A stretch of DNA of 63,362 nucleotides, filler included, from Kipferlia bialata (GCA_003568945.1; 7 parts of 7 records of this genome joined end to end with filler, not necessarily neighbours in it), one strand, 5' to 3'. Shown: positions 40,329 to 54,414, counted from the whole stretch's first letter. Translations and numbers: made by a program. Notes: generated by a model not told the origin, from the sequence alone.

Positions 40329-42778
40329 CTACTCTATGAAGCTCACTACTCCCATACCCACCAGTAGAGTCAGCAGGCCTATACACCACATCAGTAGGTT
40401 GGCTGTGTGGGTGTGTCTCCTTCGCGATGCCTTGTACTGTGCCTCTGCCACCTCACACCTCCCCTGCCAGAAGGAGGACAGGTGCTGGTGCCTACGGGTG
40501 CGGGCCTTGTAGTCTGGAGTAAGAGGTGTGAGAGGGTGGGACCAAGGGACATGCATCGCCAATCAAAGGGCAGTGTGGGATATGATAATGAGGATGAGTA
40601 GCAGAACAAGTGCATCAGCGTGTCCCCCTACCTAGCAGGGATCCTGCCCCCTCCGATGCCCCTGCTGACTCCATTGGTACCCCTGTCACCCCCCTACCCT
40701 CCACCCCCTCTGTCTCTGCCTCTGTCTCTGTGTCTGACTCCTCGGCATCTGGATCAGCAGGGGGGGCACACAGCAGAAAGTCATTCCTAAGACTGCATGG
40801 GTTGTCGGTACTTGACTTTGGACCAAACTCCTCCTCCATACGGACCAGGACAAGGTCGACAATATCCTGCACGTCCCTGGAAATGAGATCACCCTATATA
40901 GACAACACACATGTCGATATTCAAAAGTTTCCGCCACATACCAATATACCCACCTATCCTCGTTGAAGTACATGAGGCCAATTGGAGTATCGTTGACCTC
41001 TAGGATAGCGTACTCATCTGTGTACTCTCCAGATGTCTCTGACCCCTCAGTCTCTCCCTCTCCCTCTCCTGCACCCCGTGCCCTTATGTCGCCATAGGAT
41101 GGTGCATCCCCCTCCTCTCTCTCTCCCTTACCCCCCACCCTCACCCTTCTGTGGAGGATGTCGAGTGCACATATGTCTAGACCCCCGAAGAGAGACGCAG
41201 CTCCATCCACCCACTCCCGGAAGGAGGGAGTAACCTCAACCTCCTGGGTTCAGGGTGAATATATGCGGAATATCGACACGTGACTACAGATATATATACT
41301 GGCACTACCCCACCTCTACCTCCCCCGCACTGTCATTGGCCTTCCAGCCTAGGGTGTCTCTACGGTATGCCCGATACCTGAGGTCAACGGGGAACACTAC
41401 ATAAGTAGATGGAATAGAAACATATTGAGATACTGTGGTAAGATATCGCGTTGGAAGAGAACTATAACGGTTTCTACGTAGAGACGCCCTCTCACCTCCC
41501 GCCTATCTTCTGCACCCTGTAGTCCCCGTGCCACTGGATGTAGGGCTCCATCTGGACATACTTGTCTGTCACCTTGAGAAGAGAGACTATGTCCTGGTGG
41601 TAAGGATAGGGTATGACTGTGTATGGTTGTGTGTATGTGTGGGTGTATACACTGCACCTGCATCTGTGCCGTATCTTTGACCAGGGCCTTGCCCACTGCG
41701 GCATGGTTGTTGCCAATCTGACGTCAGTACACATTGGGGTGTTCAGAGATGAGGGACATGTGTGTATAGCATCCACACACAGTTATATACATGCACCCAC
41801 CTTGACCACAAATGGCACTGGGGGTGGACACATGATACCGAAGGGATCGGGGTAGTAGGTCTGCTCAACCACTGATGGTGAGGGGTAGAGTGAGTGTAGT
41901 GTATGTAAGGGAGAGCAGCAGTTAAGTGCGACACGAGAATAATTGCAGACTTGTAACACATACGCACATGGGAAGTCCATCTTGTGCTGCAGACTCTTTA
42001 GCCCTGCATACATCACAGGCCTCTGGAGGAGACAGTATGTGGAGAGGGCACTGGCTGTTAGGGAGGAGGGACACTATTTAGGTATCTACACATATGATTA
42101 CATACACTATGCCACCTGTTGATGCATGGCACCCCGCTGTGCATGATGGCCATGAACTTGGCAGATGCATCAAGGCGGCATGGGGTGAGAGAGGGGATCA
42201 GGCAGAGAGAGACAGAGGAGAGAGAAGGAGAGAGAGAGACGTTACAGAGTTTTCAGGACATGAGAGACAAGTGTGGGGACAAGACATTATGTGGAGGTGA
42301 GTCAGCATTCATAGTGGTAACATGACATACTTGTGGCGTGTACCACACTCCTAAAGAGCACCATGTCTACATTGCATGTGACTCTCTGTCTCCCACTCCC
42401 ACTGGCAGCCCCTCCCCCAGACACTCCCTTGGGGGACAGGGTCACCTGCAGACCTGAGTCTGGGTAGGATATCAGGTACAGCTCATCCCACGTGCCATAC
42501 ACAACGCTGGGTCAGACAGGTGAGGAGGCACCATGGGGAGGTTGAGAAACAGATTGGGGGGGGGTCAATACCTAATAGTCTCCTCCTGAGATGTTCCTGG
42601 GAACAGTGTCCGTCCCTTGAATACCTTCTGAGGGTGATGGAATGCTTGATGAGAGAATGATATAAGAGACAGCAGCCAGTGAGCACACATATGACATATA
42701 TGCTCGTCCCACAGCACACAACTATCTCACCTCCCAGTCACAGTGAGAGGGAGAACCAATCACAAGTAGGGTCTTCAT
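40329..42778 (-). CDS. Synapsin-like protein (pre-ATP-grasp + ATP-grasp C domain) with C-terminal hydrophobic anchor
   Basis: Spliced MKTLLVIGSPSHCDWE|KVFKGRTL..VDMVLFRS..HSGVPCINS..QRPVMYAGL..FP|LVEQTYYP..PFVVK|IGNNHAAVGKALVKD..QDIVSLL..YVQMEPYI..DYRVQKIGGR|YRAYRR..GWKAN..WVDGAASLFGGLDICALD..ILEVND..DIVDLVLVRM, colinear with the synapsin C domain as recalled. Confidence 0.88.
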
Positions 42779-42955
42779 ATGACTGTTGGGGCAATGATAG
42801 AGAGCAACCTGGAATTGGTCACCGGATCAGTGTCATATGACTACATATATGTGCGTTTCAAACGACTGTATCTCGTGTCTTGCTCAGGTCCTTCTCTCCA
42901 TCAGGAGCCTCACAACCTTTGACTTGCACTTCACTTGTGCTGCGAAACTATACAG

Positions 42956-43358
42956 ATGCCGTACGTTGACCATGCGATAATTATGTCTGATCGACTCATT
43001 GAAGCCCTTATGGTTAATTCACAACACTTCCACTGTATACCAATGGTCCCTTCTAACCTCCAGCATCGCTTGTGGCTCCATGAGCCAGGCTGCAGAGGCA
43101 GGTAGGGCCACATCTCTTATTCAGTATAACGGAAGGGGGGGGGGGACAACCTGCCATGAGTAACAGCACAGACACAGGCATAGTATCAGTAGACATGGTG
43201 GTTCACAGTGTCTGATACCCTCCACCAGATCCCTCTAGATATCTCTCACACCCCAGCCATCGCCAGTATGAGCCAGGTGTGGCTGGATGCCGTGCACGGG
43301 ACCCTGGACACAGTACTCAGCAAGGTGGAGGATACGCTGGAGGTGGAGCTGGAGTCAG
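42956..43358 (+). CDS. 5' fragment of a hypothetical protein, divergent from the synapsin-like gene
   Basis: Splice-bounded blocks MPYVDHAIIMSDRLIEALM|HRLWLHEPGCRG.. and AIASMSQVWLDAVHGTLDTVLSKVEDTLEVELES; the contig ends shortly after. Confidence 0.35.
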
Positions 43359-43482
43359 GTGGGGAGTGAGCATACTGACCCTGGGCATCAGCAGTGTCAA
43401 AGCATACTAGAGTATGCTGCTGTCTCATCCAACAAACACCCACACATCCTTTCAGAACATCAGCACTAGTGTGGAGCTCTGC

Positions 43483-43513
<31 letters not shown>

Positions 43514-43521
43514 ACCCCCCC

Positions 43522-43621
43522 NNNNNNNNNNNNNNNNNNNNNNNNNNNNNNNNNNNNNNNNNNNNTTAATTAATTAANNNNNNNNNNNNNNNNNNNNNNN
43601 NNNNNNNNNNNNNNNNNNNNN
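43522..43621. other. Artificial contig-joining linker
   Basis: N44-TTAATTAATTAA(43566-43577)-N44. Confidence 0.97.
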
Positions 43622-43682
43622 TGTTTATTTTTTTTTTTGGGCAAACCCCCCCCCCCCCCCCCCCCCTTCTCTTCTGACCCAG

Positions 43683-44225
43683 GTGCCACCTGTTCTCCTC
43701 TGCCACCATAGGAGACGATGAGTTCCAGTTTCTTGTGGACTCGGGGTGCTCTCGCATCCTGTCCAGGTGCATATACATACATATCCATACATATCCATAG
43801 TCTCTGAGCCACTGCCTCCTCAGTCTCTACCTGTGGCTGTGGCATCCCGTCCAGGTGCATATGTCGATACACACACATGGACATGCATCTTGCCTCTCAG
43901 TCTCTACCTGTCTCTCACCCTCAGTCTGAAGGAGGTCCAGCTCGAGTACACCCTCCCTCTGTCCCGCTTCATCACCGTGCCCCACCCCCACTCCCTGTAC
44001 GCCGCATTCGGCACACACGAGCTAGGTGCGGCATTCCCCCCCATCTCTCTCTCGCTCTCTCTCCCCATCATCCTACCCCCAGCCCGGCAGAAGAGAGACC
44101 AGCTTGTGACCCATGTGAGCCGGGCCCTGGGGGCTGTGTTCACATCGTTCCAGCAGGGAATGCCCACCATCAGGTGGGTATCTATATATACAAGGCCAAT
44201 GGGATGAGGCCCTATACCCAACCTG

Positions 44226-44260
<35 letters not shown>

Positions 44261-44839
44261 CCCCCCTCCCCATCCCAGATACGACTCCGAGAGTGTCATC
44301 GCCAGACGTATAGCCGAGGGTGTCAACGAGAGGTGTAACGCACTCGACGCAGGTGGGTTGGTGTTGAAGATATACATTCTGATTATGTATGTGCAGTACA
44401 TATCCCTCTGTGTCTGACCCCAGCTGGTGCTTTGTCCTCTGCCAGTGCCGCAGGGGCTGAGTCTGGGCCTAGGGTGACGTCTCCCATCCAGACACGCAGA
44501 CACAGTGCCAGGGTGGAGGGGCAGGAGGTACGTCCAGTCGGTGGGGGGATGGATGCATGGCGGTGTGGGAGAATATCCATGTCCGTATCCATATTTCGCA
44601 GGCCCTGTCTCCTCTGTCTCTGACCCCCCAGCAGGCCGGCCCCACCCTCCTGGTGGTAGATAGGACAGACGACCTCTTCGCAGGTGGGTGTCACTGAGAC
44701 GCAAGTGCATGAGAAGTCCTTGATACCCCGTCCTTTCCCCCTCTTCTCCCTCATGTCAGTGCTGGCCCACTTCGACACCTTCGAGGCTGTGCTCTACGAC
44801 TATCTGGACATCGAAGACTACAAGACTCGCATCTACGCG
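43683..44839 (+). CDS. Sec1/Munc18 (SM) family protein, internal fragment
   Basis: Exons FQFLVDSGCSRILS, VSRALGAVFTSFQQGMPTIR|YDSESVIARRIAEGV and PTLLVVDRTDDLFA|VLAHFDTFEAVLYDYLDIE match the SM motifs P.IRY and LL.xDR..D....L.H..TY.A...D. Confidence 0.8.
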
Positions 44840-44973
44840 GTATGAGGCTGTTCTATCCTTTTAATGTGACTTATGTCTCTATGTGTTTATGTATATACCC
44901 ATGTACCTATCACTAATATATCTATGTATGTTGATATAAGTACCACTGATATGATTGATACCACACCATGTGT

Positions 44974-45017
<44 letters not shown>

Positions 45018-45035
45018 CCCGCCCAGGGGGGGGGG

Positions 45036-45071
<36 letters not shown>

Positions 45072-45184
45072 GTAGTAATTAGTCACTGGACAACGGTAGA
45101 GTCACTGGATACATATGAGGTACTGGGGTACTGGGGTAGAAGTCATACTATAATGGTCTATATACAATATGGATATGATCTACC

Positions 45185-45843
45185 TGGTCCAATCAGGGCA
45201 GTCTCCACCTTCTTGGAGCCATACCCACACCTTGGGTCTGAGTAATATGTTGTATATACACAGAGTGTAGACAACAGTTACACAACACCGTACCCCTCCC
45301 CTATGCTGACGTGCTCCATGATGGGGCACCATGATATGGACACACTCCTCGGCTCGAGGTCGGGGGGCAGAAGTAAGGAGACCCTAAGTCGTCAGCGAAG
45401 AATATGTGTTAATACGTGCGTACACTTAGTACATGCATACCTGACTGCCCACACCCCAGGTGTCCCACTGGGCACAGATGCCACACCCTCTAGGGCCTCC
45501 CTGATCCTGGGGGGTCAGAGAAGTGTGTATATTCACGCTCACACACACAACATCCCCATTTACGTATGAAATATAGTGTAGTGTATACCACCACCCACTT
45601 TGGCATCGTCCTGTGCCGCCCTGACTGCCTCTCTCTCCTGTTCCCTCATGGTCTCTGGGTCAGGGCCCCTACTCAGCTTGGCAATCTCATCCTCAGACAT
45701 GCCCATCTGAGGAGTGAGTGAGTGACACTAGGTGGAACAGGTATGTACCATTAATATGAATGTATGTCTACCTGGGACAGTATTGCCAGCATCTTGTCCT
45801 TCAGCTCATCCATCCTCTCCGGGGTCAGACGCTCCTCGGACAT
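45185..45843 (-). CDS. Small multi-exon hypothetical protein (3' end unclear)
   Basis: MSEERLTPERMDELKDKMLAILSQ|MGMSEDEIAKLSRGPDPETMREQEREAVRAAQDDAK|.. with canonical short introns; phase of the later exons unresolved. Confidence 0.5.
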
Positions 45844-46066
45844 GTTCTAGTTATATTATAGTCACAAGGAAGAGAGCGTTGCATTCAGTTGCCAGAGTGT
45901 GTCTTGATGACGTGACAAGGTATACAGTGACATGACAAGGTACAAGAGAACACTGGTGACAGGGATCGTCAAGATTGAGGAAACAAAAACACAAAAGGGT
46001 CTAAGTGAAGCGTGTAGAGCTTGTCATCAGAAGCAGACGCCGTGTTTTGCCCTCTCTAACGCATAT

Positions 46067-49000
46067 ATGTCGAGTTCCGGTTGTTCCGGCAGTGAGGCGG
46101 AGGAAATCTCCTCCAAGATGCCCAACTCGCTGGCCCTAGCCTCCCCCACCCCTTCTCAGGGTGTGTGCTCTCCTCCTGGCTGTGAGGGCACCATCCAGAC
46201 CCTTCCCGAGGTGTCTGTCATGGCAGAGGAGGTTAGACACACACATTAACTCTCTAATTTATACTGGTACTAGTAAATACTCTTTCTACGAGGGAATGTA
46301 CCCTCTCTTCGTTCTGTTTAGACCTCACCTCAGGTCAGTGTTGTTGATGCTGCCGCAGCCGGTCTTGCGCTGGAGCACATGCCCGCAGACGAGGCAGAGA
46401 GGGAGCTGGAGATGCACAAGAGTGTGCTCACCCGCTTCTTTGTCTCCTCCCTCCACCACCACCACAATGCACCCTCCCTGCTGAAGTGGGGGGTGTTCAT
46501 GCTGCCCGCACTCGCATTCTGGTACGCTGAACCACTAGGCTGTAGTCATCCACAGTATACGTCTGCATATGACTCTATATTCACACTAACTGTCTAGGCT
46601 GTTCCTGGAGGCCCCTACCGAGAGGCTCTTCTTCCTACACGCTACTCAGACCCCAAGTGAGTAGAGGTCAACATGCCCTGGTGTCACCAAACATATTACA
46701 ATGAATAGCATATACCTTACTCACTTCCAGCCATGGCTGCCCCTGTCCTGGGATGGATCAGCACTCCCATCCAGGTTAGTCACATATAGTAGTATATATA
46801 TGTATGTCAAGGACTCTCTCGTGTATACCTCTCTCCTTCCCTCTCTCTCTCTCTCTCTCTCTCTCTAACCGCCAGGCCATCATCTCCGGTCTGTCCTCTG
46901 GCAACGAGGCCTTTGCCTTGACAAGTGTGTTCTTGATGGGGTGCATCAACCCACCGGTGCTTCATGTACTAAGGTGGGGTACATGTACCAGTATCTGTGT
47001 ATATAAGTGTATCATGAAGCGTGTAGGACTGTCTACACGCTTCACCCTCTTTCCCATATTCCCCCCTACCATACCTTCCTACACACTCCTCATTGTGTCT
47101 GATGCTTCCTCTCCCCCACCCCCAGAATGCTGGGCAAGAGCATGGCCCCAGTCAGACATGGATATATATATAGATCTATATGTATATGTATATATAGGTA
47201 TATATGTATATGTATATATAGATCGATATGTATATGTATATATACACACATTATGTACATACTGATACCCCCAGGATGCTAGGGAAGAGCATGGACAAGA
47301 AGTGTGTGGACAAGAACTATGACCCTAGGCAGGAGTTCATAAGTACCACAGTCTATCAGGTGCAGTCCGCAGCTACACCCCATATGTGATAAGTGTTCGT
47401 GTATGGGTTGACAGTCAACTTGACTTTCCTCTCTAACCCCCCCTTTACCCCCCTGTGTGCGCGCGTGTGTGTGTGTGTGTTTCTTGCTCTCCCTCTCTAC
47501 CCCCCCACCTCACCCCCAGACCTTGATGAAGGTGTACCGCATCGTGTGTCTGTGCGTCGTCTCTGCCGCAGTGGTGGGTCTGGCCTCGTACCATACGAAC
47601 CTGGCACAGGACGGGTACCCCATCGTATCAGGCATATGGTACGTCCCAATAGTAACACTATCATACACAATCATGTGTGACAATTGTGACAATGACAGTC
47701 ACTTGCTACTCATATTCACGACAGGTTCTTCTGCATGACTGCTGCCTCCATGTCTGCTTGTCACAGTGCAATGGTGTTTGAGTCTGGCACCGACAGGGTC
47801 AAGGGTGTGCTCCATGCAGTGTGGAGGCCGGTCCAGCTGTTCCTCCAGGTATGTATTCATTAAGGCCCACTATAATAATGACCAGTATTGTCAGTACTGT
47901 CTTCCCCTCATCTCAAATTGTAGTCTAACCCAAGGTCATCCAGTACTGCTTCTACCAGCTGCAGGTCTGTGTCAGCTGCAATGATGGCATCGCTGCTCTC
48001 ATCGGACTGTGCATCATGTGCGCAATCACTAGGTGAGAAGTACTATATATATGCACTCACTAGGTGAGAAGTACTATTACTATAATAGTATTACATACTA
48101 TAATAGTATTACATACTATAATAGTCGCTGCACTCATCGGACTGTGCATCATGTGCGCAATCACTAGGTCAGGGGGTATCAGAACTCACATATAACTGAT
48201 ATGGTATAAGTATATGTAGCACATGCTCGTCCCTATCCATGTGCGCAATCACTAGGTGGGGGGCACTATTCAGTGTATACACTGTGAGTGTATAGTCTAT
48301 ACACTCATATACAGATATGTATGTGTATAGCCCCTACTCCTCTGACCCCCAGTGCCGTGACCCTGGCCGTGACCTCCTTTGCCTACATATACCTGTCGCT
48401 CGACATAGCAGGTAAATACTATATCTATACTATCCTTTCTGTCAATAATTTTATACATATATGGTAGAGATACAATATTCTATATACACTACCTGAGATA
48501 CTACCACCAGGCATGTTCCTGTGGATGGGCCTGGGCATCGACCTCAAGCCAATTGTCCTGGGTCCCATCGTAGCATCTGTCCTGTTCATAGCCATGGGCA
48601 TAGAGAGTGGCCTGTTCACCCAGGACGAAGGTATGTGTGTATTGTTGACAGCAACGGTGCAATGCCACTATCTTACCTACCGGTGTACCTTCCTCTCTCT
48701 CTCTCTGTCTCCCCCCAGGCATGGTTGTGACCACCCTTGTCTTCATGGCCGAGGCAGTCATCGTGTTCTTCCTGGCTATCAAGTGAGTATATAGTCTATT
48801 CTAATAGTATAATATTATGGATACTTGCTAGATGGATAGGGTCAGAAGGTCTCTCCTCTCGCTTTCTCTCCTCTCTCTAGTGGGCCATGTGATCCCTACC
48901 CTCACACCCTAGGGACGGTATCCAGGCCTACCTGGCTGCTAAGAACAACAGACAGAGCAACGGAGGGGCAGCAGTCAGCATCAGGTGTGTGTATGTATCA

Positions 49001-51205
49001 TATACCAATAACACAACTGTATACTTCTAATCAATGTATAGGAATTATTGGTGTAGGAACTCTAGTGTACTACTGTACGGTCCACTCCTACCCCAGACTG
49101 CTGAGGGGTGACATTAGGCCCAGTGCCAGCAGGGATGAGAACGGACAGAGACACGTCGAGGCAGGATTCTCAAGTATGTGACTGCTCCTTCGTTCTCCCT
49201 TATATATCAGACATAAAGCACGGCCAGATACCTATATTGTTCTACGGTCTCCACATATGAGCACATGTGTGTATTCATACTGTAGTATTGCTGCTGTCTC
49301 ACCCCTAGTGCGTTTAGGACTCTGTTTATCTCCCTAACTATATAAATATATATAATTATATGTATATTCACCCCTCACCCTCTAGACGTTGAGGACAACC
49401 AGGCAGTATCAGTATCAGTATCAGTAGTGATTATAATATAGTCTATACGCATATATATATATCCACCCCCCCTCACCCCCCAGACGTTGAGGACAACCAG
49501 GCTGCTGCCAACGAGGTTGACATGTGTCTGACCGATGTGAGTATCCTGATAGGGGAGAAGCAGAAGGGGCCCTACGAGTACTGGCAGCAGGCAGACAAGA
49601 CGAAGAAGGTATGTTAGAGTGTAGTTCCCCTACTTTGAATACTAACCCTATACACTATACAGTGTATAGTGCATTTATAGGAGTAGTTAGTTATAGACTC
49701 CCCACAAGGCTTCTCTGCGTCCTAACACCCAGCTCTACTCCATGGCGCAGTGTGCCCTGCCCATACCCCTCCTTGGCATGCTATCCAGGTGATATACTAT
49801 GTATACTGAATAGTGTATACAGTGTATAGTGTGTATTGCAATCTGCTGGCACAAGGTGATATTATTGACACTACACACTGACACCAGTGGTCTGTACCAC
49901 ATGTTGGCCCACCCCGGTCTGTACTCAAAGGACAAGAGAAACACAGGTGCGGTGCTTGGCATGAATGCATATCGAATTTCCCATTGTGATTAACGCCAGG
50001 CTTCCGCTTCTGGGACGCCTATCTGGCCAGACTGTTCCTAGTGGCCACATTCATCCTCACTAGGTACGGTGACACTCTCTGTGTGTTGTACTGTATCATT
50101 GTGACACGACCTGTGACAAGTTGTCAGGTCTTGTCACAGTGTGACAAGCAGTAGTGCAGTCACCTCAGCTTCTCTCACTCCCAGGTGGACTGGCAGCAAC
50201 TTCGCCCCCCTCCACATCTCTGCCTGTGTCCTTTGTGCTGTGTACACTGCTCATCACTGGGCCACCCTGCACACATTCCAGCAGAACGGAGTCACATTTG
50301 GGAGGTATGTATTTATATATATATATCTATACATATCTATACCTGGTGAGTATGGGTACTCTGACAGTTGTAATTCGATTGAGACCGGAGTCACATTTGG
50401 GAGGTACTACGGTGTATACACCATATATATTATTCACTATATATATGCTCTGTTGTGACATGGTGATTACAATCGCTAACCACTAGGGTCACCACCGAGT
50501 TGGCCCTAGCGGTAGAGGCCACCCAGGTCACGGCCAAGGGCACCATGCAGGGTGGTACGGGGATGCTGCATATACACTCATACAGGAATACATATTGAAC
50601 ATATACATGGGTGATGTATATATGTATATACTAATATGATGTCAAGGGGACTATGCAGAGGGGTACGGGGATATCAAATGAATAGTGAGATATATACATA
50701 CATATACCTTGCAGGAGAACTTGCAGGGGGGTAGGTGCTCAGAGCCGATAGGCATAGATAATGTGAATCAACAGCACACATCCACCCTAGACACGCTATG
50801 CGCCTCTCTCTAATCCCAGGCACCCTGACCGTAGATATCATATGTATATTGGTGTATAGTCAATGACAGTCATTGACTATTAGTCATATACATTCTATGT
50901 ACCCTCTCTAATCCCAGGCACCCTGACCGTAGATGCCTCATCCATGGAAGCTGTGACCACATCGATGTCAAACACAGGTCGGGTATATATACCATATATA
51001 CTATATATGTATATATAGCTAGTTAGGGTTTGAGTACCACAACGATGTCAAACACAAGTGGACACACACACACACATGCATATATATATATATATATACA
51101 TGTGTATGTATCACTCCCTATGCTATCAGAGAAGTACCCATCCTCCTCACCCCAGGCCACCCCCACATGCTCCAGCCCACCCCAACCCTCACAGGGTGTG
51201 TGTAG
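46067..51205 (+). CDS. Multi-pass membrane protein of unknown family
   Basis: About 20 exons with many hydrophobic segments (KWGVFMLPALAFW, RIVCLCVVSAAVVGLAS, IAALIGLCIMCAIT, IVLGPIVASVLFIAMGI, MVVTTLVFMAEAVIVFFLAI, YLARLFLVATFILT). ATG at 46067, probable stop near 51205. Confidence 0.65.
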
Positions 51206-51438
51206 ACGGTGCATATAATGTACAGTGTAGACCTAGAGGTACATAGGTCACAAGATGGATGAGCTGACCGATGATGAATTGGTATCAAGAGGTACTATAT
51301 AGGTGTGAGTGAAGAATAGATAACAAAAGTATAATTGTCTATTCATTCAGTGGCTTGATGGAGTATGTGTACCATCAAGGACAGTGTATCAGTACATATG
51401 TGAATCCCTCTCTAAGAGGCTGTGCTGTCACACTCTCT

Positions 51439-51929
51439 CTAGCATGGGACACTAAGTGCCACTCCTCTCCATCCCTCCCATCTGTAGGCCTCTCCCTCTA
51501 CAATACAATATGGCTCTCTCTCCAGATATACGTGCCTGGCATAGAGTCGAACCAATGCTTCTGTGTCGACACGGCTCAGTCTACTGGTACCTTGTGTGTT
51601 AATGATGATGGAGATTGACAAACTAGTATATATAGGAGTACATACACATACACATATTGATGAAAATGTCATATATATACAGAGAGAGAGAGAAAGAGAG
51701 AGCATGCCTACCTTATGGGCAGCATGCTGGTGGGCACCACGGGCCCAGTGACAGCCTGGGGGGTGAGAGGTATATCTCTATCACACACACACATACACTC
51801 ATGTATATACATGAATATGTATATACACGTACCATCCCGTTGAGTGTGGCCACAGCCGGTGTGCCGTACCCACAAATATACATACAAAAGTGTATTTGTA
51901 TATCTGCCGAACCTTCAATCACACATGTA

Positions 51930-51968
<39 letters not shown>

Positions 51969-54356
51969 GTATATAAACGTCGTACCATCCCGTTGAGTGT
52001 GGCCACAGCCGGTGTGCCGTACAGTCTGTTCTGGGAGGCGGCACGGGCCTTGAGCTCCTTCTTCCGCTGTCTACAGATGAGATATTAATAAATATGTAAT
52101 ATATATGTAAAGACAATTGATTCAAAGTATATCAATATATATATATATATATACATATATATATAGATGGATAAGGATATATGTAGCACGGGCCTTGAGC
52201 TCCTTCTTCCGCTGCCTGATGGTGAGATCAATGAATATAATACAAATATATATATATATATATATAGAAAGAGAGAGAGAGAGAGAGAGATTCGCTGTAC
52301 GGGCCTTGAGCTCCTTCTTCCGCTGCCTGATGGTGAGATAAACTAATATGTAATATATATATATATAGAGAGAGAGTGAGAGAGAGAGAGAGAGAGAGAT
52401 ACACCGTGGTAAGGATATGTGTATATATATATATATATGTGTGTGTGGCCTTGAGCTCCTTCTTCCGCTGTCTACAGTGAGATATAAAAGTATTATGAGT
52501 AAGAGAGAGAGAGAGAGACATATAGTATTTGCTATATATGTACAAATACTATCGGCAAATAGGAGCTGTACATAAAGAGATCCCCTTGACACAAGTGGGA
52601 GATTGATGTCTATATATACAAAGCACTATACATACCTGCTGGCAGACAGGCACCTGCAGCTGCAGCAGCAGAAGCAGACTGAGAACAGGGTGCCAAAGAG
52701 GGCAAGGGCGATGGAGCCAAGGAGCAGCATGCTCACTGGGGGGTAAGAGTATTTAAATACTATCTATACATCAATGTATACTAATACTGGAGGTAAGAGT
52801 AGTGCTATAATACTACCTATACATCAATGTATACTGATACACGTTAATATATATATTCATGTGCCTGATGTACCTGCGCTGTGCATATCATCCAAGGGCG
52901 GGTAATACATACAAACATGCAAATATATATATACATATATAATACATACTCATCTCCGTATGTACCTGCGCTGTGCATGTCCTGCTTCTGTCAATACCTC
53001 CATAATAATTATGAATACCAACGTATATTAATACATATTTACTAATGTCTCAACACACCTGCGCTGTGCATGTCCTGCTTCTGACTGTCCGTGTACACAC
53101 AGGCAGTGAGCATCTCGTGGGCTGAGACAGAGCACCTAACAGTGAGAGTATTGATGTTTAATTAACAATTACTACATATACATTTATGTACACTAACATG
53201 GGCAGAGACAGAGCACCTTACAGTGATCACAGGAAATATATACAGACACAACTAATGTATACACACAAATATATCTGTAGTATATACATATATATATATA
53301 GAGAGAGAGATAGAGATGGTGCAAAGGGGTTATGTATACACAATTCCCACTAACCTGGCGTGCTCGTCGAAGTGGAGAGTGGGCTGTGCCCCTATGGAGT
53401 AGTGGTCACAGAAGGTGGTGGAGTCGGAGGAGGAGCTGTAGAAGAGGCAGCCTGGGGTGAGAATATGTATATATAAACATAAGCATATATATATGAGTGT
53501 ATCATCATTGTAAGAGGGTATGTATCTATTGTGACCGTACCCACAGTGTCACAGAGGTTGTAGGACTGGAGGCCCATGGAGACAGAGACACGGCACCTGG
53601 GGTGAGGGTGGATATATGTAGACACAAGAGGCGCAACTGATATATATATAGATAGTCCATATATACTATACATCTAGATATATAGTATATATGGACTGGA
53701 GACCCATGGAGACAGAGACACGGTCTCTGGGGGGTGAGGGTGGATATATGTGGAGACATACGGGATATGTGTGTGTGTGTGTGTGTGTGTATGACCGAAT
53801 CTCAATATACCTTGATCTGTGGTTCTCCCCCTCCACCTCCACCCCTGTGACCCATATATATCTACATACATCTATATACATATATGTAATTGTATATACA
53901 TCTATATACATATATATATATACCTTGATCTGTGGCTCTCCCCCTCCACCTCCACCCCTGTGACCCAGCCTGTTGTGCCTAGGCCATCGGGGTCAAGAGT
54001 AGATAGACGGTCCATCTAGGGGTAAACAATAATAGTAATATCATCAGGTATAAATATATGTGTGTGTACATATACTGTCTTGACCGTCGGGGTCAAGGGT
54101 AGATAGACGGTCCATCTTAGGTCAGATATGGAGGGCATAGGTATATACTACATACATATATAATATATACATATGGCCTACTCCATCCGAGTTGAGACTC
54201 TAAACTTCAATGATAATTAACAGTGGATATACGGTCCATCTGAGGGGGTCAGGTAATGGAAGCAGGTTGTGTCAGAGAGAGAAAAAGAGAGAGAGAGACA
54301 ACAATAGAGTCACTTGCCATCATGACCAAGAGTACACAGAAATACTGCGGTGATTA
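51439..54356 (-). CDS. Hypothetical membrane protein with Cys-containing ectodomain and Cys-rich juxtamembrane tail (5' partial)
   Basis: Exons MDRLSTLDPDGLGTTGWVTGVEVEGESHRS|RCRVSVSMGLQSYNLCDTVG..CLFYSSSSDSTTFCDHYSIG..SMLLGSIALALFGTLFSVCFCCSCRCLSAS|RQRKKELKARA..VALSVPC*. Confidence 0.6.
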
Positions 54357-54414
54357 CTGTGGAGGGGCGGGGGGGGGGGGGGGAGAGGGGGAGGGAGACG
54401 GAGGATCCTAGGGG

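Noticed and set aside
43257..43358. Resemblance of WLDAVHGTLDTVLSKVEDTLE to frataxin/CyaY helix 1
   Set aside because: It is a single generic amphipathic helix, and the contig ends before any diagnostic beta-strands.
40329..44839. Synapsin-like gene beside a Sec1/Munc18 gene as a vesicle-release gene cluster
   Set aside because: They lie on different contigs separated by the artificial linker at 43522-43621.
48073..48126. Short near-palindromic tandem repeat (TACTATAATAGTATTACA)n
   Set aside because: A small intronic AT-rich minisatellite with no terminal repeats, target-site duplication or other copies in the window.
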